In this document: positions 42,560 to 55,000 of the stretch, one piece after another
How the letters are laid out: every line of letters begins with the position of its first letter
How positions within the stretch are numbered: position 1 is the stretch's first letter
Assembly (NCBI RefSeq): GCF_009914755.1
Contig: NC_060928.1
Reading direction: 5' to 3' (one strand)
From: the human T2T-CHM13v2.0 reference genome, Homo sapiens
DNA: 64,000 nucleotides
Translations under genes and position numbers: made by a program
The notes under the pieces: generated by a model
What the model was told of the DNA's origin: nothing
Seen by the model: the letters and a program-made list of their open reading frames with translations, nothing else
The model's database searches: none

Positions 42560-43180
42560 ACAATCCTTGTCCTCTGAGAGTCTGTCATCTAGTGGGAATA
42601 TGTTATACCCAGGTAAGCAACAAATATAGTATATAGACAATGACTGAAGAAGTGTGGGGTTCTGTGGAAGCCCAGGGGAGGGGCATGTAACCTAGAGTTG
42701 TAGACTCAAAGGAGAGTTCCAGGAAAACATGCATGCAAGCTCTGGCCAGAAGGATGGATAGAAAGTAAAAGGGAGAATGGGAAATGAGTGAAGGTAGCAG
42801 GTAGATGCAGTGTTTCTGGTGACGAGAAAACAATGCTAGAGGTCCTTTGGTGAGGGGGAACTCCAGACTGTCATGAAATTAAAAGTGTTTCCACAGATTT
42901 ATCCAAACAGTGTGAAGCACTTATGAGAAGGGTATAGTTGCAAAATGCAAAACTCCTAAATTAGGAAGGGGCTTCTTATGGGATTGGGGTTTATATTTAG
43001 ACAATAAGAAATCGCTGAAGCAAAATTTTATCAACTGCATAAGCATTTTATGGACAAACACAGAAGGATAACTGAAGGCTGCAATGCCAGCTAGAATATG
43101 GTTGTAATAATCCAGGTAAGAGAGAACAATGGCTCGGACCAGGTTAATGAGATCCGGGAAGGACAAAAGTAAATACATGA
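42560..43180. mobile_element. L2 LINE fragment
   Basis: 'ccttgtcctc...tctagtggga', 'ggggttctgtggaagcccagggg', 'taatccaggtaagagagaacaatggctcggaccagg'. Confidence 0.6.
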
Positions 43181-43326
43181 AGGGATTAACTTTGTGCTTA
43201 TTTCCTCTTATATTTTTGGGTATATTTTGCTATTTATTTCAATAAGAATACCTCAATTTTAACATCAATAATATATTCATTTAAGAAAAAGTAAATAAAG
43301 CAGATATCCTCACCAAATGTGATGCC

Positions 43327-44955
43327 TGCATTAGTCTGTTCTCCCACTGCTATAAAGAACTACCCAAGGCTGCATAATTTAAATAGAAAAGAGGTTTAAT
43401 TGACTCACAGTTCCACAGGCTGTGCAAGAAGCATGGCTAGAGAGGCCTCAAAAAACTTACAGTCATGGTGGAAGGTGAAGGGGAAGCCAGCATGTCTTAC
43501 CTTCGTGGAGCAGGAGAGAGAGAGAGAAGGGGTTGTTCTCTACACTTTTAAACAACCAGATCTCATGAGAAGTCACTCACTATCACAAAAACACCAATGG
43601 GGAAATCTGCCCCATGATCCAATCACCTCCCACCAGGTCCTTCCCCTAACACTGGTAATTACAATTCAACATGATATTTGGGTGGGGACACAGAGCTAAA
43701 TCATATCATTTCATCCCAGCCACTCCTAAATCTCATGTCCTTCTCATATTTCAAAACATAATCATGCCCTCATAACAGTCCCCCAAAGTCTTAACTCATT
43801 CCAATATTAACTCAAAAGTCGAAGTCCAAAGTCTCACTGAGACAACGCAAGTCCCTCCCACTTATGAGCCTGTAAAATCAAAAACAAGTTAATTACTTCC
43901 ATGATGCAATGGAAGCACAGGCATTGGTAAATGCTCCCATTTCAAATGGGAGAAATTGGCCAACACAAAGGGGCATCAGGCCCCATGCAAGTTGGAAACC
44001 CAGCAGGACAGTCATTAAATCTTAAATCTCCAAAATAATCTCCTTTGACTCCATGGTTCACGTCCAGGCTATGCTGATGTGAGGGGTGGGCTCCAAAGTC
44101 CTTGGGAAGCTCTGCTCCTGTGGCTTTTCAGAGTACAGCCCCCACAGCTGCTTTCACAGTCTGGCATTGAGTGCCTGTGGCTTTTACAGGCACAGGGTGC
44201 AAGGTGGTCTGTGGTCTGGAGGATGATGGCCCTCTTCTTACAGCTCTACTAGGCAGCGTTCCAGCAGGGAGTCAGTGTAGGGGCTCGAACCTCACATTTT
44301 CCTGTTGCACTGCCCTAGTAGAGATTTTCCAGAAGGGCTCCACCCCTACATCAGACATCTGCCTGAACATCCAGGTGTTTCCATACAGTCTCTGAAATCC
44401 AGGCAGAAGCTCCCTAATTTCAGCTACTACCTTCTGTGCACCCACAGGACCAAGACCACATGTAATCCACTGAGGCTTGGGGCTTGCACCCTCTAAAGCA
44501 ATGGCCCAAGGTGCCCACCTTGGCCTCCCGAAATGCTGGTATTACAGGCCACCACACCCAGCCCCAATTTTCTATATTAGTTTATTCTCACTCTGCTATA
44601 AAGAACTATGTGAGACTGGGTAATTTGTGAAGGAAAGAGATTTAATTGACTCACAGTTCCACAGGCTATAGAGGAAGCATGGCTGGGAGGCCTCAGGAAA
44701 CTTAAAATTGTGGCAGGAAGCTAAGGGAAAGTGAGAACATCTTACCATGGTGAAGCAGGAGAGACAGAGTAAAGGGGAAAGGGCTACACACCTTTAAGCA
44801 ACGAGATCTCATGAGAACTCACTCATTATCATGAGAACAGCAATGGGGAAATCTGCCTACATGATCTAATAACCTCCCACCAGCTCCATCCCCCAACATT
44901 TTTGGATACAATTCAACATGAAATTTGAGTGTGGGCACAAAACCAAACCATATCA
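43327..44955 (-). mobile_element. MSTA element with both LTRs (43327-43708, 44573-44955); internal region shortened and fused to an Alu remnant
   Basis: Perfect 5-bp TSD ATGCC (43322-43326 / 44956-44960); MaLR internal sequence 43709-44510. Confidence 0.9.
44513..44563 (-). mobile_element. Alu 5'-end remnant (~50 bp)
   Basis: 'gcccaccttggcctcccgaaatgctggtattacaggccaccacacccagcc' is the reverse complement of an Alu 5' end. Confidence 0.85.
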
Positions 44956-45159
44956 ATGCCCTATCAGTTTTCCTATTAAAGCTATGTTCATTTACTCAGA
45001 GAAATAATTTTTTACCAGCTGATAACCTACACACTTACACATCTTTTCCTACCTTTTCTCCTGAAGAGCTTAGAATTTCATAATGAAAATCTGTTTCACT
45101 GATTCTAGTGGTCTTTCTGCCTGATGTATCCATCCAGAATTTGCTTTCTATCTTATAAA

Positions 45160-46830
45160 AAAAATTGGAAAAACATTCGACATGGATAGGAAGAATCAGT
45201 ATCTTGAAAATGGCCATACTGCCCAAAGTAATATATAGATTCAATGCTATCCCCATCAAGTTACCTCTGGCTTTCTTTACATAATTGGGAAAAAAACACT
45301 TTAAATTCTATATGGAACCAAAAAAAAAAAGCCTACATAGCCAAGGCAATACTAAGCAAATAGAATAAAGATGGAAGGATCATGCTACCTGACTTCAAAC
45401 TATACTGCAAGGCTACAGTAACCAAAACAGCATGGTACTGATATCAAAACAGATATATAGACCAATGGAGAAGAAAGGAGTCCTCAGAAATAACACCACA
45501 CATCTACAACCATATGATCTTTGACACAGTTGACAAAAACAAGCAACGGGGAAAAGATTTCCTATTTAATATATGATACTGCAAAAACTGGCTAGCCATA
45601 TGCAGAAAACTGAAATTGGACCCCTTCCTCAAACCTTATACAAAAATTAACTCAAGATGGATTAAAGATTTAAACGTAAGACCTAAAACCATAAAAACTC
45701 TACCAGAAAACCTAGGCAATACCATTCAGGATATAGGCATGAGCAAAGACTTCATGACTATAACATCAAAAGCAATGGCAATAAAAGCCAAAATTGACAA
45801 ATGAGATCTAATTAAATTAACGAGCTTCTGCACAGCGAAAGAAACTATCACCAGAGTGAACAGGCAACCTACAGAATGGGAGAAAATGTTTGCAATCTAT
45901 CCATCTGACAAAGGACTAATATCCAGAATCTACAAAGAACTTAAACAAATTTACAAGAAATAAAACAAACCCTATCAAAAAGTGGGTGAAGGATATGAAC
46001 AGACACTTCTCAAAAGAAGACATTTATGCAGCCAACAAACATATTTTAAAAAGATCATCATCACTGGTCATTAGAGAAATGCAAATCAAAACCACAATAA
46101 GATACCATCTCACACCAGTTAGAATGGTGATCATTAAAAAGTCAGGAAACGACAGATGCTGGAGAGGTTGAGGAGAAATAGGAATGGTTTTACACTGTTG
46201 GTGGGAGTTTAAATTAGTACAACCATTGTGGAAGACAGTGTGGCAATTCCTCAAGGATCTAGAACTAGAAATACCATTTGACCCAGCAATCCCATTACTG
46301 CATATATACCCAAAGGATTATAAATCATTCCACTATTAAGACACACGCACATGTATGTTTGTTCCAGCACTGTTCACAATAGCAAAGACTTGGAACCAAC
46401 CCAAATACCCATCAATGATAGACTGGATAAAGAAAATGTGGCACTTTTACCCCATGGAATACTATGCAGCCATAAAAAGGATGAGTTCACGTCCTTTGCA
46501 TAAAGGGACATGGATGAAGCTGGAAACCATCATTCTCAGCAAACTAACACAAGAACAGAAAACCATACACCACATGTTTTCACTCATAAGTGGGAGTTGA
46601 ACCATGAGAACACATGGCCATTGGGAGTGGAATATCACACACCGGGGCCTGTAGGGGGCTTGGGGACTAGGGGAGGGATACCATTAGGAGAAATACCTAA
46701 TGTAGATGACGGGTTGATGGGTGCAGCAAACTGCCATGGCACATGTATACCAATGTAATAAACCTGCACGTTCTGCACATGTACCCCAGAACTTAAAGTA
46801 TAGTAGTAATAATAATAATAATAATAATAA
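45160..46830 (+). mobile_element. 5'-truncated L1PA (PA6-8-like) with (AAT)n tail
   Basis: ORF2 C-terminal remnants ([26 protein letters not shown]; RYHLTPVRM; ALFTIAKTWNQPK); 3' UTR 'ttaggagaaatacctaatgtagatgacgggttgatgggtgcagcaaac'. Confidence 0.95.
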
Positions 46831-47285
46831 AGAAAAGTGAATGTCCCAAGATCATATCTGGTTTATCAGGGCCATACACTATGTGAATGCTAAGCTTTTA
46901 CCAGAAACAGGTTGCAGAGCTTATTTTTCAACAAACAAGGATGTCGTGGCACATAAAAAGAATTGGTAAACAACTTTCTATGTGTCTCAGGATTGTCTTC
47001 TCTCCAACAGGTCAAAGAACTATGGTGTAAAAAGCCAGGCAGAAAATTTGCAGCCTTAACTTTGGGAGCATCTGCCACATTGCCATCACCTCTAAAGCTC
47101 TGTTGGACAGCCTTGGTGTATACATCTTCCCCAAGTTTTACAATAACATGGCTAAATTAAATTCCTTGTCCCTAATACCACTAAGATGTAGGTGTGCTTG
47201 GAACCCCTTATCTGTCTGAAAAACTGTGCTCTGTCCATCATGCTGTCTCTAAGATCAGGCTGTTATGCGGAAGCATTTTGGGAGG

Positions 47286-47734
47286 TATAGTTGCATGAAT
47301 AGTGGCCACCCAAAGATATCAAGTCCTAATCCTTGGAACTTGTAAATGCTGCCTTATTTGGGAAAGGGATCATTGCAGATATAATTAAGTTATGGATCTT
47401 GAGATATTTCCTTTGATTATGTAGATGGACCTGAATAACACCAAAAGTATCCTTATAAAAGAGAAACAAAAGGGTATAAAACAGACACTCAGGGAAGAAG
47501 GTGATGTAAAGATGAATGACAGAGAAAAGCATTCACAAGCCAAGGAATGCTGACAGCTGACACAAGTTGGAAGAGGCAAGGACTGGATTCATCCCTGGAG
47601 CTTTCAGAGTGTGTGCAGCACTGCTGACACCCTCATTTTATACTCTAGCCTCTACAACTGTAAAATAATAAGTTTCTGTTGTTTTAAGTCACAGAGAATG
47701 ATAATTCGTTATGGCAACCCTAGAAAAGTAATAC
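47286..47734 (+). mobile_element. MLT1 (C/D-like) solo LTR
   Basis: 'ccaaagatatcaagtcctaatccttggaac...gcagatataattaagtta...caagccaaggaatgc...ggcaaccctagaaaagtaataca'. Confidence 0.85.
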
Positions 47735-47751
47735 AGGAAGGATAGAATAAG

Positions 47752-47922
47752 GTTAGGGCATGTTGTTGTAAATTAGAAAAGAGCTTCATTTTCTAAATGG
47801 ACAGTGCTCCATAGACAACCTCATGGACCAGGAAACACCTGAGCTGTGCTTCAGACTCCATTTATTACCTCTTCAAAATTTTGTGGAGTAAACAGCCTGC
47901 ACAACTGTACATGACGACTCTG
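47752..47922 (-). mobile_element. MER91-like hAT MITE fragment
   Basis: End 'gcctgcacaactgtacatgacgactctg' resembles the MER91 terminus as I recall it. Confidence 0.4.
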
Positions 47923-50174
47923 GGAATGGAAGAGAGACAAGCCTCTGGGTTTACAGAAAGTCAGGAACTCAACAAAGAGAAAGAATGCCAAAGTGAGAGT
48001 CCTGTGGTATGAAAACACATAATTACTGCTCTCTTTTCAGAATGCTTCTTAAACATTCTTCATGTGATTTATCTCTGTGCTTTCACAATATCTCTGTGAG
48101 AAGGCATTAGACCCGTTGCCTCTAAACTCTACTGGGTGTTTTCTGATGGTTAAGTACCAAATTTTCGTCTCCTCTGTTTTCTTGTTTCCTATCATCATTG
48201 GGATGACTAAGCAGAATCATTTTATTGTATAGAGAGTTTAATTAGGCAATTCTTTCAGGAAGTCTATCAAGTCTAAATTGATTAAGACTGCTTTCAGAAT
48301 GATATTAAATTGGGATAATGGTTTAAATTGGTTATTGATGAGGGAAGATTTGATTGTGACTAGCTTAATTCCCTCTGCATGACAGCATAAAGCTTTCCTG
48401 GGTCAGTGTTAAGTTCCCCAGATAATTTTAAAAATATTTATCTATATTAGGCATGAAAATCAGCAATTAAGATAATGATTAACCAAGGTGAGGCAAAAAT
48501 TTAGCCAAACCATTAGGAGTGTAAATTCTGTAGAGGAGACACACTCTAAGGGACAAGGTGACTTTCTAACACTGAGTGTGAAATTCATGCTAATTCTGGA
48601 CTTCTATTATGTACACTAAAGATCAGAGATAGGCATATGTGGGGTGAGTGACAACTTTCAAGTTTGAGTCCTGCCAGCAACAGAGTTAGGCGCTTGATAC
48701 TCTCTCCCTTCAATTACCAGACTGCTCTGAGCAGAAGCTATCACCGTCCTCATTTAAGAAGACTGAGATATCAAACAATTCATCCAAAATCACACAATGA
48801 GGGAGGGGAGAAGAGATTTTAATAATTACAAGGAGATTTTAATAATATAGATTGTTGAATTTCTCAAATCACTCCCATCTAATCACATTTATCACCCCAT
48901 TTATTTGCTATTCACTGATGCTCTGGAAAAAGCTGGCACAACTTTTTATCAGAGTCTAGGTTTCTAAGGTAAGACCACCCAGGTTGAAACACTGTTCTGT
49001 TACCCCTTAACTGAGCCTTAGTTTCCTTATTTGTAAAGGGGACTGTGGAGCCATTGGGCAAGCTCAGGAAAAGTGCTTATGAAGGGGCTTGCTATATACT
49101 AAATGCTCAATACATGCTAGTGGTTAATACAAACCATCATTATTTCAAGATATTTTATGGCGGAGAAACAGGGGATTGGGCAAGGCCTTTGATAACAAAG
49201 GCCTGAGGCAAGACTTCATTCTCTCCCTAACTCCCACCCCAGCTTATCCTAATTACCCACCTCCCTTGTGTCTGTCTCACAATTCATATGCTTTATTTAG
49301 TTTTTCCTTTTCCCCATACTTGCAGGAGCATGTGCTTGTCAACTTGAACATCAATAACCTTAAGTTTTGACTTTGCCTCTTTGTACCTGTGTGGATTTCA
49401 GCAAGTTTTCTAACTATCCAGATCTAAGTTCTCTTGTTTTTCAAAATTAGGACAGTAACTTCATTCCAGCATTATTATGGAGGTGAACAATTGCTAATGC
49501 TATCTAAAAATTATTGAAAGTTTATTTGTATCAAGCAGTGGTAAAATACTATATAAATATACCTCCTTCGTTTTTCACAGTCATGTCCAGGATTTTTTCT
49601 AATATTTTGTACAGATGAGTAAACTGAGGTGTAATGGCTGAACATGGATGAGATTGAATATGAAAAAGTTATTCAAAACTCAATAACAAAAAGGAGTGAC
49701 TTAACAAAACAAACATGAATTAATTTCCTTTAGAGGACCTGTAAAATTGCTATGGTTAGGTACAATGCTTAAAGGAATTGAGTTATTTAAATTGGGATTT
49801 AAAGGACCTTGAAGACTTTGATGAGCCAAGGTAGCTGACAGTGCACATTTTATATAACTACATTATCACACATCTTTTTGCATCCTGTAATACTTCCGGA
49901 AAAAGAAAAGTGACTTAAAATTAATAAATGCATTTTAAGTGGGTATTTATTATTTTCTGTAAAAATGTCTATGATCAAACAATAATTTTGTTTTGTTTTG
50001 ATTCATTTTTTAAAATAATTAATGTTGCCTAGAATTAGGAAGACTGAAATTATTCATGTTTACTGTATACATCTCCGAGGAGATATTTACCTCAATTTGC
50101 TTCCAATAATCAAAAACAGTCCCTGCTTTGAATCAATTAAAGAACCAGAATTGCATTTCTGTGCATGTAAAAAT

Positions 50175-50350
50175 ACACTGGGTTTGGTATCAGGAGAGCT
50201 GGCAGAATTCTAATTCTCTGTTTTCTACTCATTAGTGATATAACTAAGGTCAAGTATTGAACCATTTGGGCATCAGATTCGTCAGCTATGAAACCAGGAT
50301 AATTTTCCTGTCCAACTCATAGGATTGATTTCAGGTTTGATAATGTGACA
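50175..50350 (+). mobile_element. MIR SINE fragment
   Basis: 'actgggtttggtatcaggagagctgg...tcaagtattgaaccatttgggcatcagattcgtcagctatgaaa'. Confidence 0.55.
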
Positions 50351-51100
50351 TTTTGAATATTCCCTATTAAGTATCTTTTATATTTTTCCAAATTGTCTTT
50401 ATGACTATCAAAAACATTTAATTCATTCTTTCTCTTTGCTTCTCAGGCCATGGGCACCATGTACCTGTTGAATTAACACAAGATTGAATAGTTATCTTAG
50501 TAAAATCATTTGAAAAAGTGTAAAATGAAAAAAAAATAACCACATGAGTTATTGTTGCTCAATCAAATAGTTGATCACTTGAAACCTAAGAACCATCTAA
50601 ATTTCATTCCTGTATTATCTCAATACGTACTTATCTCTTATTATGTGGCCACACTATATTAGAAGACTAGGGATATGGCAATGAGTAAGACAGACACAAG
50701 CCCTACCCACAATGCCTTATAATGTTGAAAGGTTTTCAAGCATTTGTGTACACTTAAACAGAGGCAGTAGCAGGCTAAGTGTGTGTGTGTGCACACGTGG
50801 GGAATTACATTTTCTTTTAAAAATATACTTTGTAAACAAGTAAATTAGTCTGATTATTCAGGTTAACTTATCACAGTTTTCAAGTAAGCACGAATAGTCA
50901 TAGAATTAGAGAAACTATGTTTCAAAACTTCGATAAAACTCATTTTGTTTTCTGACATTGGTTATTGTAACATTTCGGCAAAAAGAAATAAAATAATGAA
51001 TTAAATTCACTGATCTTTAAAATGATGTCTTTTATTTTGAAAACTGGCATAACTAAATTAATATATTTTATTTTAAATACACTTTCATATTACTTTTTCA

Positions 51101-51622
<522 letters not shown>

Positions 51623-52026
51623 TCAAAATTAATAATAAAGCTCTCTAGATTCCAGTAGCATTCTAATAAGTAGATGGATGTCTAAAAGGACAAATTAATC
51701 TGTAAGAGCTACCTGCATGTGCACAAAATTCTGTCAAATATTTGAATAATTATCTAGATATCATTGTGGTAGTAGTCTTTCCAGAACTCCAAATGAGATG
51801 ACAAAAAGATTGCCTCTGAAGGGATATGTTTATTTTCAAATTAATAAGGAACATCAGAAGAGAGGTTTCCATGCTCCATGTATTAAAAGAGACTGATTTC
51901 TTTTCTAATATAGTATAGCTAATATCTTAATTATTCTGGATTTATTTGTGATAAATTTAACAAACCAAAATAATATGCCAAATTCATTATCTTGTTAAAT
52001 ATTTGTTAAATATATGTTAAATAATA

Positions 52027-55000
52027 TTTTTTTTCTTTTTTTAACTTTTAAAGTTGGGGGTACTTGTCAAGGTTTGTTATTTAGATAAACTTGTGTCACG
52101 GGAGTTTGTTGTGTACATTATTTCATTATCCAGGTATTAAGCCTAGTACACAATAGTTACGTTTTCTGCTCCTCTCCCTTCTCCCATCCTCCACCCTCAA
52201 GTAGATCCCAGTCTCTGTTTTCTTGTCTTTGTGTTCATAAGTTCTTATCATTTAGCTCCTACTTATACATGAGAACATGTGATATTTGGTGTTTTGTTCC
52301 TGCGTTAGTTTGCTAATGATAGTAGCCTCCAGGTTCATTCATGTTCCCACAAAAGACACAAGTTCATTCTTTTTTATGGCTGCATAGTATTCCATAGTGT
52401 ATAAACACCATATTTTCTCTATCCCATTTGTCATTGATGGGCATCTAGGTTGATTCCATGTCTTTGCTACTGTGAATAGTGCTACAATGAACATTCATGT
52501 GCATGTGTCTTTATGGTAAAATGATTTATATTCCTTTGGGTGTATAGTGAGTAATGGGATTGCTGGGTCAGCTAAAAGCTTGACTATCATTTGAGGAATT
52601 GCCATACTGCTTTCCACAATGGTTGAACTAATTTACACTCACATCAATGGTGTATAAACGTTCCTTTTTCTCCATAACATCAACAGCATCTGTATTTCTG
52701 GGCTTTTATTAATGACATTGTAAGTGGTGTAAGTTGGAATCTCACTGTGGTTTTGATTAGCATTTCCCTAATGATCAGTGATATTGAGCTTTTTTTCATT
52801 TGCTTGTTGGCCGCATGTACGTCTTCTTTTGAGAAGTGTCTGTTCATGTCCTTTGCCTACACTGTGATGGGTTATTTTTCTCTTGTAAATTTGTTACAGT
52901 TCCTTATAGAGCCTGGATATTAGATCTTTAATAGATTCATAGTTGCAAATATTTTCTTTCATTCTATAGGTTGTCTGTTTACTCTGTTGATAGTTTCTCC
53001 TGCTATGCAGAAGGTCTTAAGCTAAATTAGATCCCATTCATGAATTTTTGCTTTTGTTGCAATTGCTTTTGATGTTTTCGTCATGAAATCTTTTGCCGTG
53101 CCATGACGTTTTCATCATGAAATCTATATCCTGTCTTCTATGTTTTTTATAGTTTTAGGTTATACATTTAAGCCTTTAATCCTTCTTGGTTAATTGTTGT
53201 ATAAGGTGTAAGGAGGGGGTCCAGTTTCAATTTTCTGTATATGGCTAGCCAGTTCTCTCAGCATCACTTATTAAATAGGGAATCTTTTCCCCATTGCCTG
53301 TCTTTGTCAGGTTTGTCAAAGATCAGATGGTTATAGATGTGAGGTCTTATTTCTCAGTTCTCTATTCTGTTCCCCTGGTCTATGTGTCTGTTTTTGTACC
53401 AGTACTATGCTGTTTTGTTTACTGTAGCCCTCAGTATATTAGTTTAAAGTTGGGTAATGTGATGCCTCCAGCTTTGTTCTTTTAGCTTAGGATTGCCTTG
53501 GCTATTTGGATTCTTCTTTGATTCCACATGAATTTTAAAATACTTTTTTTCTAGTTCTGTGAAGAATCTCAATGTAAGTTGACAGGAATAGCATTGAATT
53601 TGTTCATTGCTTTGGGCAATATGGGCATCTTAGTGATGTTGATTCATGGGAGGTTTTTCCATTTGTTTGTGTCTCTCTGATTTCTTTCCGCAGGGCATTG
53701 TAATATCACTGTAGAGATCTTTTACCCCCCTAGTTAGGTGTATTCCTAGGTATTTTGTTTTTTATGGCAATTTTGAATGTGATTTCATATCTGATTTGGC
53801 TCTCAGCTTGGCTGTTTGTTGTTGGTGTATAGGAATGCTAGTGATTTATGCACATTGATTTTGTACCCTGAAACTTTGCTGAAGTTGCTTATCAACTAAA
53901 AGAACTTTTGGGCTGAGACTATAGGGTTTTCTAGACATAGAATCATGTTCTATGCCAACAGGGATACTTTGAATGCCTCTCTTCCTATTTGGATGCCCTT
54001 TATTTCTTTTTCTTGCCTGATCGCTCTGGCTAGACCTTCCAATACTATGTGGAATAGGAGTGGTTAGAGAAGGCATCTTTGTCTTGTGCTGGTTTTCAAG
54101 CGGAATGCTTCCAGCTTTTGCCCATTCAATATGAATTTGGCTTTGGGTTTTTCATAGACAGCTTTTATTATTTTGTGTATGTTCCTTAAATACCTAGTAT
54201 ATTGGGAGTTTTTAACATGAAGATGTGTTGAATTTTATTGAATGCCTTTTCTACATCTGAGATAATCCTGTGGTTTTTGTCTTTAGATCTCTTTATGTAA
54301 TGAATCACATTTATTGAATGGTATATGTTGAACCAACTTTTCGTCTGAGGGATGAAGCCTACTTGCTGTGGTGGATTCGCTTTTTGATGGGCTGCTGGAT
54401 TCAGTTTGCATGCACTTTGTTGAGGCTTTTTGCATCCATATTTATCAAGGACATTAGCTTGAAGTTTTCTGTTGTTGTTGTTGTGTCTCAGCAATGTTTT
54501 TGTATCAGGATGATGCTGGCCTCATAGAATGAGTTGGGGAAGATTCTGTCCTTCTCAGTTTTTTGAAATGGTTTCAATAGGAATGGTACCAGCTATTCTT
54601 TGTACATCTGGTAGAATTCAGGTATGAACCCATAGGTCCCGGGTTTTGTTCTCTTGGTGGTGGTGGTGGTAGGCTATATATTGCTGATTGAATTTTTGAC
54701 CTTGTTATTGGTTTGTTCAGAGAATCAATTTCTTCCTGGCTGTCTTGGGAGGATAAATGTGTCCAGGAATTTATTCATCTCTTCTAAGGTTTTCTAGTTT
54801 GTCTGTATGGAGGTTTTTGTAGTAGTTTCTAATGGTTATTTTTGTTTCTGTGGGGGCAGTGGTAACATCCTCCTTGTCATTTCTAATTGTGTTTATCTCA
54901 GTCTTCTCTCCTCTCTTCATTATTATTCTAGCTAGTGGCCAATCTTATTAATTTTTTCAAAAAAACAACTTATGGATATGTTAATCTTTTGAACGGTTTT

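Noticed and set aside
45150-46840. Missing TSD around the L1PA as evidence of a target-site deletion
   Set aside because: Both ends are A-rich, so a short TSD cannot be excluded without the empty-site sequence.
50415-50460. Strong-looking plus-strand splice acceptor followed by GCCATGG (a similar acceptor occurs at ~58797)
   Set aside because: No convincing downstream donor or open frame; isolated acceptors are common.
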